The position numbers and the translations under genes were made by a program. The notes beneath the pieces are model-generated. The model did not search any database, was not told the DNA's origin, and saw nothing but the letters and a program-made list of their open reading frames with translations. Shown in pieces: positions 19,020 through 30,667 of a stretch of 64,000 bases of DNA. Each line of letters begins with the position of its first letter. Position 1 is the stretch's first letter. This stretch comes from an uncultured Verrucomicrobiae bacterium (GTDB taxonomy: Bacteria > Verrucomicrobiota > Verrucomicrobiia > Chthoniobacterales > Terrimicrobiaceae). The stretch is from the NCBI GenBank assembly GCA_963706955.1, contig CAVPOC010000008.1, forward strand, positions 480,001 through 544,000, given 5' to 3'.

Positions 19020-20285
19020 TCAATCCATCTTGTTCTGCTGCCAGGACTCCTCGATGGCTTCGACACCGGCTTCGGGCGTAATGTTTCCGGCGGCAATGTC
19101 TGCGGAGACATCGTTGAAGACGCGACCGGTGTCAGGTCCGAGCAACTGGTCGATGGCGATCCCGATCCACTGCGATGTGCCGATTTCCCCAGCGATCGCT
19201 TTGAGGAATGGATCCTTGATTACTTCAGCCGTTCCTTGGACCGCGGGAATGAATAGGCCTTCCGCCGCGAATTTGTTCATGATGTCCTTTGAGAGCCACA
19301 CCTTCATAAAATCCGTAGTCTCTTTAGGTGCTTGCTTCGACACCAGCCACCCATCAAGGCTCGCGAACAGATCGTTGGCTTTGCCTTTACCATCCTTGAC
19401 TTCAGGAAAGAAGAACCAGCCTAGCTTTTCGTTAGGAAGCCCCTTCTTGTCAGCGGAGCTTGCTCTGCCCTCGACTAAATCCCACGTGCCCATTAAATGG
19501 AAGGCCGCCTGGCCGTCGTGAAAAGTGCCGGACGCCTCCGGGAAGGTATTGGACAGGTACCCTTTCTGAAAGGGCTCCAGGGCAGTGAGCTCTTTGTAGA
19601 GCTGGAACGCCTTGAGAACGTTGGGATTTGCAAACCCGCCGTCCTTGTCTTCATAAGCGGCTTGCAATCCCTCCTTGCCTAGAACGCGCATCATGAGAAG
19701 AGCGGGGTAAAAATGCAGGGGCCACTTATCCTTGCCACCCGCGGCTATCGGCGTAATGCCAGCCGCCTTGATCTTCTTGACGGCTTCGATGAAGTCCTCC
19801 CATTGCTTGATCTGGGTCGGATCGACACCGGCCTTCTGGCACAAGTCTTTGTTATACCAAAAGACGATCGGTGCGAGATCGTTGGGCACCCCGTAGGCTT
19901 TGCCGTCAACGACGAAGTTTTGTGCGGTTGCAGGATAGAAAGTCTCGTTAAACCCTCCCTCGGCAATCTCGTTGGTAATGTCTTTGCAAATTCCCGCGGC
20001 GACCTGTTCATACATCACTCCACCGCCCCAACTATGGAACGCGCTCGGGCGATCCTTGGACTGAAGCAGCGTCGGTAATTTGGCCTTGAAAGCCTCATTC
20101 TCCAGATAGGCGAACTGCACGTCCACGCCCGGATTGGCGCTTTCGTACTTTTTGGCAGCCTCTTCCATGATGGCTACAATTTTAGGACTCGATTGAATGT
20201 GAAGGATTCTGACGACGGTTTCCGCCCGCACGGACGAACTAAGCAATCCTAGCAGGGTACAGAGTAGTGATAGTGTGAGTTTCAT
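19020..20285 (-). CDS. carbohydrate ABC transporter substrate-binding protein
   Basis: Signal peptide; ENEAFKAKL, DGKAYGVP, WYNKDL and KIKAAGITPIA motifs. Confidence 0.92.
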   Translation of the reverse strand: MKLTLSLLCTLLGLLSSSVRAETVVRILHIQSSPKIVAIMEEAAKKYESANPGVDVQFAYLENEAFKAKLPTLLQSKDRPSAFHSWGGGVMYEQVAAGICKDITNEIAEGGFNETFYPATAQNFVVDGKAYGVPNDLAPIVFWYNKDLCQKAGVDPTQIKQWEDFIEAVKKIKAAGITPIAAGGKDKWPLHFYPALLMMRVLGKEGLQAAYEDKDGGFANPNVLKAFQLYKELTALEPFQKGYLSNTFPEASGTFHDGQAAFHLMGTWDLVEGRASSADKKGLPNEKLGWFFFPEVKDGKGKANDLFASLDGWLVSKQAPKETTDFMKVWLSKDIMNKFAAEGLFIPAVQGTAEVIKDPFLKAIAGEIGTSQWIGIAIDQLLGPDTGRVFNDVSADIAAGNITPEAGVEAIEESWQQNKMD

Positions 20286-20514
20286 GGCGTTATTTCTATG
20301 GTGAAAATGCGACGTCCGATCGCAGACTTGATTTCGCGGTTTTAGGGGGTTCAGATTCGCTGTTTAGCTACCGGCTTTCGGCTCCGTGAGAAGATAGCCC
20401 GACGGCCACCCCGCTGGCAAGGACGCTCGTTAGTATCGTTGTGGAGGCCACGGTTCGCCCAGTGTGATCCGGGATCGAGCAGTCAGGGATATGATCCAGT
20501 CGATTCATATCGGT

Positions 20515-21339
20515 CTATCCCTTGACCGCGCCGGAGGTGAGGCCGGCAATAATATGTTTTTGTGCCGCCAGATAAAAGAGGATCGCCGGCGCCAGAGTCA
20601 GGCTGATGTAGGCGAGCACCTTGCCCCAGTCGGTTCCATATTGGCCCTGGTACTGCATGATACCCAATGGCCACGGGTAAAGAGATTCACTATTGATCAT
20701 GACCAGAGGCAGCAGAAAGGCATTCCAGCTCCCAACCAAGGCCAGGACGCCGACTGTTGCCAGGACCGGTCGCGACAAAGGCAGAGTGATCTGCCAGAAA
20801 TAGCGCGTGTAACTGCAGCCATCGACCACCGCCGCCTCGAGCAGTTCTTTGGGCAATTGCGAAAAGAACCCGTGCAAGATCACCACCGAAAAGCCAAGGT
20901 TAAAGGCTACCTGAGGCAGAATCACCCCCCAATAGGTATCCAGCAGCCCTAAATCGCGCACTCGAATGAAGACCGGCAAGACAGCGGTCGCGAAGGGAAA
21001 AGTGAGCCCAAGCGCCAGATAATTACCAATAAATTTTCGGCCGGCAAAATGCATGTGGGAGAGCGTGAACGCCGCCATCGAGCTGACCAGCACCGTTAGC
21101 ACCGTGCTCACGAGGGCGATAATGGCCGAGTTTCCCAGCATCTGCCAAAAGCGTTGGCCGGTGAGGATCTCGACGTAATTATCGACGATCCATTCTCGGG
21201 GCAGTCCGAAAGCATTAGTACGCAAGTCTCCCGTCGTTTTAAAACCGCCGATGACCGTCGCCCACAAGGGCAGCAACACCGGGCCGGAAATCAAAAACAG
21301 TAACAGGAGCCGATAATAACGAAAAAGTCCTCTATCCAT
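20515..21339 (-). CDS. carbohydrate ABC transporter permease (MalG-like)
   Basis: LPKELLEAAVVDG EAA loop; AGLTSGAVKG C-terminus. Confidence 0.93.
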   Translation of the reverse strand: MDRGLFRYYRLLLLFLISGPVLLPLWATVIGGFKTTGDLRTNAFGLPREWIVDNYVEILTGQRFWQMLGNSAIIALVSTVLTVLVSSMAAFTLSHMHFAGRKFIGNYLALGLTFPFATAVLPVFIRVRDLGLLDTYWGVILPQVAFNLGFSVVILHGFFSQLPKELLEAAVVDGCSYTRYFWQITLPLSRPVLATVGVLALVGSWNAFLLPLVMINSESLYPWPLGIMQYQGQYGTDWGKVLAYISLTLAPAILFYLAAQKHIIAGLTSGAVKG

Positions 21340-21341
21340 AA

Positions 21342-22346
21342 TTAGCGAGCCTCAGATTCGCGCATGAACAGCCGCTTGTAGAAAATCATCACCAGCACGC
21401 AGATGACGAAGAGAATAACACCGACGGCGCTGCCGAAGCCGACCCTCATGCGCTTGATTCCAAAAGTATATAAGTAAGACACCGCCGAGTGGGTCGAATT
21501 CGACGGGCCACCATCCGTTAGCGGGATGATCATGTCGAAGAATTGTAGCGAGCCCAAAATGCTGAAGAACAGCGAGAGGACAATGACGTGCTTCATCATC
21601 GGCAGGACGACATGCAGGGTGGTTTGCCAGCGGCTGGCGCCATCGATTTGCGCTGCCTCGAGGATCTCACTGGAAATGCCTTGCCGGCCGGCAACAAACA
21701 ACGCCATGTGGAAACCAAAATATTTCCAAATGACGACCACCAAGAGGGCCGCCATGGCCCAGCCCTTCTCGGCGAGCACTTGCGGCGCTTCGAGACCGAA
21801 CCAGCTGTAAATCACGGCAACGACACCGTAGTTGCCATCATACATATAGCGCCAGATGAGGCCAGCCGCGACCTCGCCAAGGATGTATGGCAGAAAGAAA
21901 ACCGCCCGGAAGAACACGCTCGAGCGCGTCCGATCCGAGATCAATAGAGCGACGCTCAACGCGAGCGGCACTTGGATGAATGCCGAGACGAGGATCACCA
22001 GCAGGTTGTTGAAAAGTGCATTGTGGAAAATGGGATCGCTTAATGCCCGAACGTAGTTCTGCAGATTGATCCACTTCGTCGGTGCCCCGTAACCGTTCCA
22101 GTTGTAAAATCCGTAATAGGCTGCTTCCACCACCGGGAAGGTCACGAATATGGTAAACAGGAGAAGTGCCGGGGGCAGAAAGAGAAGGCAGGTGTTGAGT
22201 TGGCCCGATTTTGAAAAGTCCCGCAGACGCTTGCCAATGGTTTGCTTTGCAACCGCAGGAGGCGGCGCCGTCTCATGTGTGGAAGTAAGTTCTTTGCTAA
22301 TCACAAGACGTTTCAGTAGAGGTTGTAACTTGGTCGCGCATTCCAC
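21342..22346 (-). CDS. carbohydrate ABC transporter permease (MalF-like; start uncertain)
   Basis: EILEAAQIDGAS EAA loop; GGPSNST motif. Confidence 0.92.
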   Translation of the reverse strand: MECATKLQPLLKRLVISKELTSTHETAPPPAVAKQTIGKRLRDFSKSGQLNTCLLFLPPALLLFTIFVTFPVVEAAYYGFYNWNGYGAPTKWINLQNYVRALSDPIFHNALFNNLLVILVSAFIQVPLALSVALLISDRTRSSVFFRAVFFLPYILGEVAAGLIWRYMYDGNYGVVAVIYSWFGLEAPQVLAEKGWAMAALLVVVIWKYFGFHMALFVAGRQGISSEILEAAQIDGASRWQTTLHVVLPMMKHVIVLSLFFSILGSLQFFDMIIPLTDGGPSNSTHSAVSYLYTFGIKRMRVGFGSAVGVILFVICVLVMIFYKRLFMRESEAR

Positions 22347-22547
22347 GAGGCCGGATTTTCTCGAGATCCGTGCCGGAAGCGATGTTTGGCTGAGTTTGTT
22401 CGATAAGAAGGCAGGGGGAGATGGTCTGGCATCATACGAAACGCTCCGATAGTCGTTGTATCCTCGCAGGCCAACTTACCAGATCGAGTCCATCTTGGAT
22501 AGGATGTCTGGCCATGGTTTGAAGATTCGTCGGACTGATTTGTCGCG

Positions 22548-23699
22548 CTATTGGGTGGATTTCTGAAGAGGATTCCAAGTCGCCGATAATGGCTCGGCCA
22601 GCTTGCAGGTCGTCGCTAAGGAAACTGTTTGCCCCGAGTCGACCGATCGGATGATCGACTCCATGATGTCGAGGACGTGAAGGGCCAGATCGGCGCTGGC
22701 TCGGGGGCTGCCGCCACTGCGCACCGCGCGCGCTAAGTCCAACGCCCCCATTCCGCGACCTTCCGCGCTGCCCTCCGCCGGAAATTCTGTCCAATCGGCA
22801 TCCGTTGGCGCGTCCAACCACTCGTTTGGAGAGGTCTTGTTGAGATCTTTCTTGCAGACGAACACGGAACCATCAAAGGCGTTCGGGTCGGGTAAGCGGA
22901 TGACGCCCCCTGTGCCATGGACTTCCAGCTCGCGTGTCGCAATGGGTTCGTCAAAGCTGAATCTGGCAGTGGCGACCGGCCCGGAGGCAAACTCCAGCAG
23001 TGCCGAGATCTGCGTATCCACCGTGACTGCAAAAGTCTCTCCCGCACGCGGCCCGCTACCGATTGTCCGTTGATTTTGGGCTCGTCGGCCAAAGCCAGAG
23101 ACCCTCTTTACGGGGCCAAAGAGCTGGACGAGCGCAGTGAGATAGTATGGGCCCATATCCAGCAAGGGCCCTCCACCTTTTTGGAAAAGAAACTCTGGAT
23201 TTGGATGCCAGGCATCGGGGCCTGGATAGCCAAACGTGGCCTTGGCCGAGATCGGGGTGCCTATCCGGCCGGCCTCGATTACTCGGCGTGCCGTCTGCAA
23301 GCCCGCACCGAGGAAGGTGTCGGGAGCATTGCCCAAGTGGACTTTGTTCTCAGCAGCCGCCGCGATAATCGTCTGGCCCTCTTCGAGCGACAACGCGAAC
23401 GGCTTCTCGCCATAGACATGCTTGCCTGATCGAATCGCCTGGAGCGCAACGCTAGCGTGGACCGCAGGAATGGTCAGATTTACGATCAGGTCAACGTCGG
23501 GCATCTCCAAAACCGAGTCCAGATCCGCGGAGTGTGGGACGCCGTATTTCGCCGCTTGCGCCGACGCGCGGCTCAAATTGATGTCCGCACACGCCACAAC
23601 ATTGACGTCTGGGAACCGGACCAGGTTCGTCAGGTATTGGTCGCTGATGTTACCGCAACCAACGACGGCAATTCCGACCGGTTCAAAAGTATTGCTCAT
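22548..23699 (-). CDS. Gfo/Idh/MocA family oxidoreductase
   Basis: VGCGNIS, GKHVYGEKP and GGPLLDMGPY motifs. Confidence 0.93.
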   Translation of the reverse strand: MSNTFEPVGIAVVGCGNISDQYLTNLVRFPDVNVVACADINLSRASAQAAKYGVPHSADLDSVLEMPDVDLIVNLTIPAVHASVALQAIRSGKHVYGEKPFALSLEEGQTIIAAAAENKVHLGNAPDTFLGAGLQTARRVIEAGRIGTPISAKATFGYPGPDAWHPNPEFLFQKGGGPLLDMGPYYLTALVQLFGPVKRVSGFGRRAQNQRTIGSGPRAGETFAVTVDTQISALLEFASGPVATARFSFDEPIATRELEVHGTGGVIRLPDPNAFDGSVFVCKKDLNKTSPNEWLDAPTDADWTEFPAEGSAEGRGMGALDLARAVRSGGSPRASADLALHVLDIMESIIRSVDSGQTVSLATTCKLAEPLSATWNPLQKSTQ

Positions 23700-23729
23700 A
23701 AATGTTTTCCCGTTGAAATCGTTTGAAAG

Positions 23730-24629
23730 TTATCGATTGGCGGTAAATGCCTCCGAGCCGAACTGCTTGGCAATCCAGGCTGCGGAAATTTTCGTTGATT
23801 CGAGGTTCGTCGGGGCCTCCGGCACGTCGACTTCGACAACGATCCAACCGTTAAATGATGAGGGAAGCGCGCCTAGGGCGGCGGGCAGGTCAATATCGCC
23901 CCGGCCCGGCTCAGTCCAGACGGTAAACTTTCCTCGGGTGGCCTCGTGGTAGCTGGCGCCGGCAGCTTTTGAAGACTTCACTTGATCGGCGTGAACATCC
24001 TTGAGATGCATTCCTGCGATTCGCGCGGCATAACGACCCATGATCTTGACTGGATCGACTCCGGCCCAAGTGAGATGGCCGGTATCCGGACCGAATCCCA
24101 GGATCGCGTCTGGGACGCCCTGCAGAACTGTGTCGATTTCGTTTTCCACTTCGATCGCGCTCCCAACGTGTGGGTGCAGCATTGGGCGGACTCCTTCAGC
24201 GACGATGGCGGTGGCAGCGGCGCCCACGCCATCGACGACTTTCGCCAAGAACGCCGAGTCGGCATCCGCGCCGATCGCCGGCTGTTCCACGCGAACTCCA
24301 TCCACATTGGCGGCGAGGAAGACCTCTGTGTTGCCGAGTTCAGCCTGAATAGCCGCATGGCGTTTCGCGCTCTCGGCGATCTTATCCAGCGGAGTGTCAC
24401 CGAACGAAGCTGCAAAGTATCCGGGCGCCGGCACAAAGCCGTAATCGGCAAGAAGAGCACGGTACTCGGAGGGTGACAAATCGGCCGGCGGATCCGCCTG
24501 AATCGCTTTGAACGGAGTGCTGGCGATCTCTGAGAAGGCCTGTCGCAGGACTGGAACAGAGAGGTCAAATCCTCTTTCAGTGAGCACCCACGGGAGCGGG
24601 TTCAAGGCGATTTTGGCGTGGCTGGTCAT
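23730..24629 (-). CDS. sugar phosphate isomerase/epimerase (IolE-like TIM barrel)
   Basis: HPHVGS, PDTGHL, HLKD, PGRGDID and IVVEVD motifs. Confidence 0.88.
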   Translation of the reverse strand: MTSHAKIALNPLPWVLTERGFDLSVPVLRQAFSEIASTPFKAIQADPPADLSPSEYRALLADYGFVPAPGYFAASFGDTPLDKIAESAKRHAAIQAELGNTEVFLAANVDGVRVEQPAIGADADSAFLAKVVDGVGAAATAIVAEGVRPMLHPHVGSAIEVENEIDTVLQGVPDAILGFGPDTGHLTWAGVDPVKIMGRYAARIAGMHLKDVHADQVKSSKAAGASYHEATRGKFTVWTEPGRGDIDLPAALGALPSSFNGWIVVEVDVPEAPTNLESTKISAAWIAKQFGSEAFTANR

Positions 24630-24813
24630 AGGTGGTTTTCCCAGCAGATTAGCCGGACAACCTGTCCTCAGATAGAATTTCCCAATGGCCTTTAGAACAT
24701 TCGTCCGACTTTCAGGCAGTGGACGTACAGAGCGCGCCCTGGCGGACAGCGCCGCTGCCTCTGCGATTACATCATGAGCCGCAGAAAAGTCACCGGCTCT
24801 CGGCGATACTCAA

Positions 24814-25695
24814 TCAGGTTGCTAATTCGACCGTGCTTTGCTGAGAGCGAAATGCTGCGGGGGTGGTGCCGAAGAAGCGTCGAAAGTGACGGTTAAGGTG
24901 CGCCTGGTCACAGAAGCCGATGGCGGTAGCAATTTCCGCGAGCGACAAGGGAGGATTGCGCTGACCGATGAGCCTCCGCGCATGATTTAGGCGCACGAGC
25001 AGCAGGTATTGATGCGGGGTATAGCCGGTGAGTTGACGAAACATCACCGCAAAATGGCTACGGCTCATCTTGGCCATCGAAGCCAACTCGTCCAAAGAGA
25101 GGTCTTCAGCAAAATGACTCTCCAGAAGCTCAACTGCTCGCCTGATGCCAGGCGGAACAGCCGTCTTGCGTGGTCGTTTCTTTATTGTGCCTAGCACGCG
25201 CAACGCCAAGGCGCGGGCCAGCGGCTCAAAATAAAGCGGACCATGCGGGCATTGATCCTCTGTTTCTTCCATGAGAAGCCGGCACAGGGCTTCCGTTCGC
25301 TGGTCGATGGCAAAGAAATGATGCCAATGCGCCTTGGAGACCACCTCGAAAAGTTCGACCTCCTTGGCCATCGCCTCAAAAAAACGTCGCGAGAAGCTGA
25401 AATTGACGACTAGACCCGCGGCACCTTCCCACTCTCCATAGACCGGCAGGCCCGGTGGCGACACAAAGACATTTCCCCGGTGAATGTGATGATGGTGCAA
25501 ACCATGCTCGGGGACCGTGATCCACGTTTCCCCCTTTTCTGTTCTTGGCCGGTACCAAAAGGTGTAGGTGTTCTGCGCGGGAGTTACGGAGGAAGCGTTC
25601 GCGGGAAACCGGTGGATGGTGATCGTCAGCGCATCAACGCCTGATCGGTCGCTTCGCTGAACAATCAGGTCATTGACGTTTAATGCTCGGGCCAT
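24814..25695 (-). CDS. AraC family transcriptional regulator
   Basis: MSRSHFAVMFRQLTGYTPHQY...GFCDQAHLNRHFRRFFGTTP. Confidence 0.92.
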   Translation of the reverse strand: MARALNVNDLIVQRSDRSGVDALTITIHRFPANASSVTPAQNTYTFWYRPRTEKGETWITVPEHGLHHHHIHRGNVFVSPPGLPVYGEWEGAAGLVVNFSFSRRFFEAMAKEVELFEVVSKAHWHHFFAIDQRTEALCRLLMEETEDQCPHGPLYFEPLARALALRVLGTIKKRPRKTAVPPGIRRAVELLESHFAEDLSLDELASMAKMSRSHFAVMFRQLTGYTPHQYLLLVRLNHARRLIGQRNPPLSLAEIATAIGFCDQAHLNRHFRRFFGTTPAAFRSQQSTVELAT

Positions 25696-25747
25696 CTTTC
25701 GGCTACAGCTTCACGCGCGCAAACATAACAGCTCAATCTCGAGGCAA

Positions 25748-26776
25748 TCAAAATCTCCCGGTTGCAGTCCTGGCAGACTCAGGAACTTCCCCTGCGCTCT
25801 CGCTCCGACTCAAGGGTCGGTCATCCTGCCTGGCCGTTGCCAATTGCTTGCTCCGCCTAGCGTGGACAATGTTGTGCTGTGCGCGGAAAACTGCCGGTGT
25901 CGTGCCGAAAACGCGGCGAAAATGACGGCTGAGGTGCGCTTGGTCGCAAAAGCCGCTCGCAGCGGCAACCTCGGCCAGTGAGAAGGCCGAGTTGCCTTGA
26001 GTGATAAGTTTGCGCGCGTGATTCAGACGTACCAAAAGCAGGTATTGGTGCGGCGTGTAACCGGTATATTCGCGAAACATGAGCGCAAAATGGCTGCGGC
26101 TCATCTGCGCCATGGTCGCAAGTTCGGCTAAAGAAATCTCGTCCACGAAATCGGACTCGAGGCGTTGGACAGCATGGCGGACGCCAGGCGGCACGGTCGC
26201 GGCACGCCATGCTCGGCCATGCTGATCGCGCACGGTGCCGAGGACCTTCAGCGCCAATGCGCGGGCGAGCGGTTCGAAGTAGAGCGGACCATTCGGACAC
26301 TGTTCCTCGGTTTCTTCCATCAGCAGTCGGCACAACGCTTCGATACGCTGATCAATCGCAAAAAAATGGTGCCAGGGCCGTTTCGAAATAAACTCTGCCA
26401 GACCCATCTGCCCGGCAAAAGCTTCGAAAAAGCGCGAACCAAAGCTAAAGTTGGCCACGGTGCCCTCAGCCTCTTCCTGTTCGCCGTGCACAGGCAACGC
26501 AGGCGGAGAGATCAGCAAGTGATCGCGGCTGACGTGATGGTGGTCCAAGCCGAGCTCTGGAACGGTCAGCCAAGTGTGTCCTCTTTCTGCCCGCGGTCTG
26601 TACCAAAACGTGTATGCGTCTCGTTCAGGCGTGAACGAGGACCAGGCATTCGCCGGAAACCTATGGATCGTGACCGAAAGCTCTTTGACTCCCGAACGAT
26701 CGCTACGGTGAATAATCAAGTCATCGACGTTTATGGGTCCGCCAATTTGACCTGATAGCTTCACGTTGAGGAACAT
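25748..26776 (-). CDS. AraC family transcriptional regulator (paralog of 24814-25695)
   Basis: Same HTH motifs; N-terminal domain colinear with the neighbour (RSDRSGV...TIHRFPANA...YTFWYRPR). Confidence 0.9.
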   Translation of the reverse strand: MFLNVKLSGQIGGPINVDDLIIHRSDRSGVKELSVTIHRFPANAWSSFTPERDAYTFWYRPRAERGHTWLTVPELGLDHHHVSRDHLLISPPALPVHGEQEEAEGTVANFSFGSRFFEAFAGQMGLAEFISKRPWHHFFAIDQRIEALCRLLMEETEEQCPNGPLYFEPLARALALKVLGTVRDQHGRAWRAATVPPGVRHAVQRLESDFVDEISLAELATMAQMSRSHFALMFREYTGYTPHQYLLLVRLNHARKLITQGNSAFSLAEVAAASGFCDQAHLSRHFRRVFGTTPAVFRAQHNIVHARRSKQLATARQDDRPLSRSESAGEVPESARTATGRF

Positions 26777-26827
26777 AACAGTTCTGCGGTTTCGACGATA
26801 CCTCAAAATCGCCAGTGGCCGCGTGGC

Positions 26828-29225
26828 TCATCGGGCAAGAAGCTGCACGTTTGCGAGGCTTTCCATTCGCCAGTGACGGTCGAGCACACGGTTTTCACCC
26901 ACAACCTCAATCCGGCCCTTCGACTTGATGTCACTACTGGACGCGCCGACCATGACCTCAAACTCACCGGCTTCGACCACGCGCTGATAGGCGGCATTGG
27001 TGAAGTTGAGCATATCCACCGGGATCGAGAAGCTGACCACCGCGCGTTCTTTCGGTCGCAGGGTGACTCGCTTGAAAGCCTTCAGCTCCTTCACCGGCCG
27101 GACCAAGGATGCATACACATCGCGGAAGTAGACTTGAACGACTTCGCACCCCTCGCGCTCGCCAGTATTCTCGAGCTCGATCGCCAACTCCACGGTGCCG
27201 TCGCCGATGTCGACTTTATTCTCTTTGATGCGCAATTCGCCGTAAGTGAATTGCGTGTAGCCGAGGCCGTAGCCAAACGCGTACTTGGTGCCGAAGTGGT
27301 AGGCGATCGGTGCACCGCCGCTCTTGAGCTTATGGTTATAGTAATATGGCACTGCTCCGACGTTCTTCGGGATGGAGACGACGAGGCGCCCGCTCGGGTT
27401 TGCCTTGCCGGTTAACAGATCGGCAACGGCTTCGCCGCCTTCCTGGCCGGGCTGGAAGGCCATCAGAACCGCTGCGGCTTTCTCTTCAAGCCCATTGAGA
27501 GAATACGGGCGGCCGGAGGTTACCACGATCACGCTGGGGGTTCCGGTGGCAATGATTCGGCGCAGGAGCTCTTCCTGCACTCCTGGCAGCTGGAGGCTGT
27601 CAGTATCTGAGCCCTCGCCGACCGTCCCAGTCTGAAACAAACCGGCCAGGTCGCCTACGAAAACGATGGCGACATCGGATTGACGTGCGCACTCCACCGC
27701 GCTGTCGATCTGGGAGAGATCCTGGCTAATTGGCGAGGTTCGCTTCAGGCTTGCCGCAACGTCTGAATCGACATCACCGGGAAAGACTGGCGCTTCCGGG
27801 TTCCGCTCGGTGAGAATCTCACATCCTTTCGCGTAGCGGACATTACTTTCACCAAATCTCTCGATCAGAGCTTGCAAGGGAGTCTTCGCGTATTGGGCAT
27901 CTTCCTGCATGTTGGCGACGATCAAGTGCACCGGAAAGGAGTAGCCACTAAACATCGCCAACTGATCGTCGGCGGTTGGACCTATCACCGCCAGTCTTGG
28001 GCCCCTGGTCGGGTCCAACGGGAGCACGCCTCGATTTTCCAGCAGGACGATCGACTGCAAGGCCACCTCTTTGGCGAGCTTCGTTGCGCTCTCCGCTTGA
28101 AGATTCAGCTGATCTTCGTCGGCATACGGTTTTTCAAACAGACCGAGACGGAACTTTTCGGTTAAGATGCGTCCGACGATCTCATCAATTTTTTCCTCCG
28201 TTATTTGACCACGCTTGAGCGCCTCGTGGAGATTTTCTGTGCAATCGAATGCCGGCAATTCGATGTCCAAGCCTGCATTGAAGGCGAGCGCGGCCGCCTC
28301 GGCTTTGTCGCGGGCGACCGCGTGATGGATGTGGAGCAAGCTGACGCCGCCGTAGTCCGCAACTACAAGACCGTCAAACCCCCACTGCTCGCGCAGGAGA
28401 GTCGTCAACAGGTAATGCCAGGAATGACACGGCTCATTATCGATGTCGTGATAGGCAGGCATGACCGAGCCGGCATTGGCTTGCTTCACCGCCATTTCAA
28501 AAGGGAGCAGAAAAGTGTCGCTCAGCTCCTTGATACCCAGATGCACCGGAGCATGATTGCGAGCGCCCTCGCTGAACGAATGGCCGGCATAGTGCTTTAA
28601 GGTCGCGAGCAGTTCGCGATTCTCGCCCTGCAGTCCGCGGACATAACGGGTGGCCAGAACCCCGATGAGATAAGGATCTTCTCCCATCGTTTCTTCGGTG
28701 CGTCCCCAGCGAACGTCGCGGGACACGTCGAGGACGGGGGCGAGACCTTGATGGCAACCGATCTGCTTGGCCTCCTTTCGGATCTCGCCGCCGACCATGT
28801 TCAATGAGCTCGGGATTCCAAGTCGAGCCATAGTTCAAGGCGGAAGGAAAGAGCGTCGCCCCTTTTGCCATGAGGCCGACCAGGCACTCTTCGTGAGACA
28901 TGGCCGGTATGCCGAGCCGCGTCTCCTCGACAAGAAACTTCTGCAGGTTGTTGAGGGCGCGCACGCCCTCTTTGGCATCGACCGGATGGGTGCCGAGCGG
29001 TCGGGTGATCTGGCCCATCCCCGCTTTGAGCATCTCCTTGAAGGCCTCGCCGCTGGTTCTTTGCGAGAAGACATCCTCACGCATGCGATGCTCGCCGTCC
29101 GCCGAGAGGATCAGCCAATGCGAATACATTTGCGCGATCTTCTCGGTCAACGTCATCCGCCCGAGAAGATCGGAGACGCGTTCCTCTACCGGCAATCGAG
29201 AGTCTTTGTAGGGATATGTAGCCAT
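26828..29225 (-). CDS. GH3 beta-glucosidase/beta-xylosidase with one frameshift near 28799
   Basis: MATYPYKDSRLPVEERV start, TRLGIP...EECL, RWGRTEE..GEDP, LKHY, VADY and C-terminal RPVKELKAF; split across ORFs 28497-29390 and 26828-28831. Confidence 0.9.
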
Positions 29226-29400
29226 GGATTTTAGAAAGGCTCGAATAGTCACGCCCGAGCCGAAATTTGTCGAGCCACCGGTTGAACGTGGAGCGCAGGA
29301 ATGTTTGGCGCTGCTGGCGACAACGAGGTGCACGTCCTGGCGAAGCGCGAGTCGTCGCCTGTCGCCCCTGCGTCCCAGACACAGTGTCAACGATGACGTC

Positions 29401-29571
29401 CTGGGGAGCGCACGCGTCTCCGCGTGCCTCGTTCGGCGTCCCCGCCGAACGTTAGGGTCACGTTCAACCCTCCTGCGAAAACAAGCTACTTCGACTCGCG
29501 ATACGCCTTTGGCTAAAGATCTCTTCGGCGGGACGCCGAAGAGTCACACCCGGGACGGGGATGCTCCCTGG
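29401..29571. repeat. REP/REPIN-like palindromic intergenic element, family A copy 1
   Basis: gggagcgcacgcgtc...ttcggcgtccccgccgaa...ttcggcgggacgccgaa...cgggacggggatgctccc; second copy at 49.5 kb. Confidence 0.8.
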
Positions 29572-29676
29572 GACATCTGCTCCCGAAACGTAAGGTGGGG
29601 CAGCTCGCAGATTTTCCTTACTCCATACTTGCCTTCAACGGCGCGTCAAAAATAACGTCCGCTCACCTTTGGAAGC

Positions 29677-30667
29677 ATGACAGGCGTTGAGATTATCGTT
29701 GGGATTGGACTGGGCCTTACCGCCTACGTCTTGCTTCGTGCTCTAATGATGGGCTTCTTTACGGTGGCGCCGAACGAACGCGCCGTGCTGACGAGCTTTG
29801 GCCGGGCACAACGCATCGGACAAGCCACCACCCTCGAAACCCCCTTGGCAGACGACCTTCCCGAAGCTCGATCGGGAACGCTACCGTTATCCGCAGCTAC
29901 AGGTGATCGGCCCGGGCGGTCCCTATTTCCGCTGGCCGTGGCAACGCGTGCACAAGGTTAATGTCGCCATCTCTACCGCCAGCATTGCCTTCGATCCGGA
30001 GAGTCCGGAAGCGAATCAGGGAGGTCTGGTGCTCGAGGCGGTTACACAGGATCAACTCAATATTGGCTTAAGCGGGCAGATTCGCTTCAGCGTGAGTGAA
30101 GGCAACCTTTATGCGTTCCTCTTCGGAGTGAAAAAACCGATTGCCCATGTGATGGGGTATTTCATTTCCGTTCTTCGGGAGCGGATCGCCAACTTCAAGG
30201 CTCCGCGAGAGGATGGCGCGCTTGTGCCGGAAGATCTCCGGTTTGAAGGCATTTCCATCAACGATCTTCGAAAAAATGTGAATCTGCTGAATGAGCAAAT
30301 GGATCTCGAATGCCGGAGCTCGGCGGCACGCTACGGCATCACGCTCGACGCGTCATTGATCACCGGAATCGATCCGCCTCACCAAATCGAAAGCGCCCTC
30401 GCCGCAATCAATACCGCCCATAACGAAGTTTCTTCCGAGGTCAGCGTCGCGCAGGCGCTTGCCGATCAACGAATCGAGGAGTCCAAGCGGGCGGTGGAAA
30501 TTCAAACGATGAAAGCGGAGGCGGAAGTGGAGCCGCTGAGGTGGCTCGCCGAGCAGCTGCAGTTGCTGAAGCAAAGCGGTCCCGAGGCCATTCCCGGCTA
30601 CCTCCGCAATGTTCGACTCGATCTCTACAAGCGCGCTAAGCGCATCATTCTCGAGATGGGACAATGA
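29677..30667 (+). CDS. SPFH (band 7) domain protein with a frameshift near 29865
   Basis: TM segment, FTVAPNERAVLTSFG, GPGGPYFRWPWQRV, YGITL and coiled-coil tail. Confidence 0.85.
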
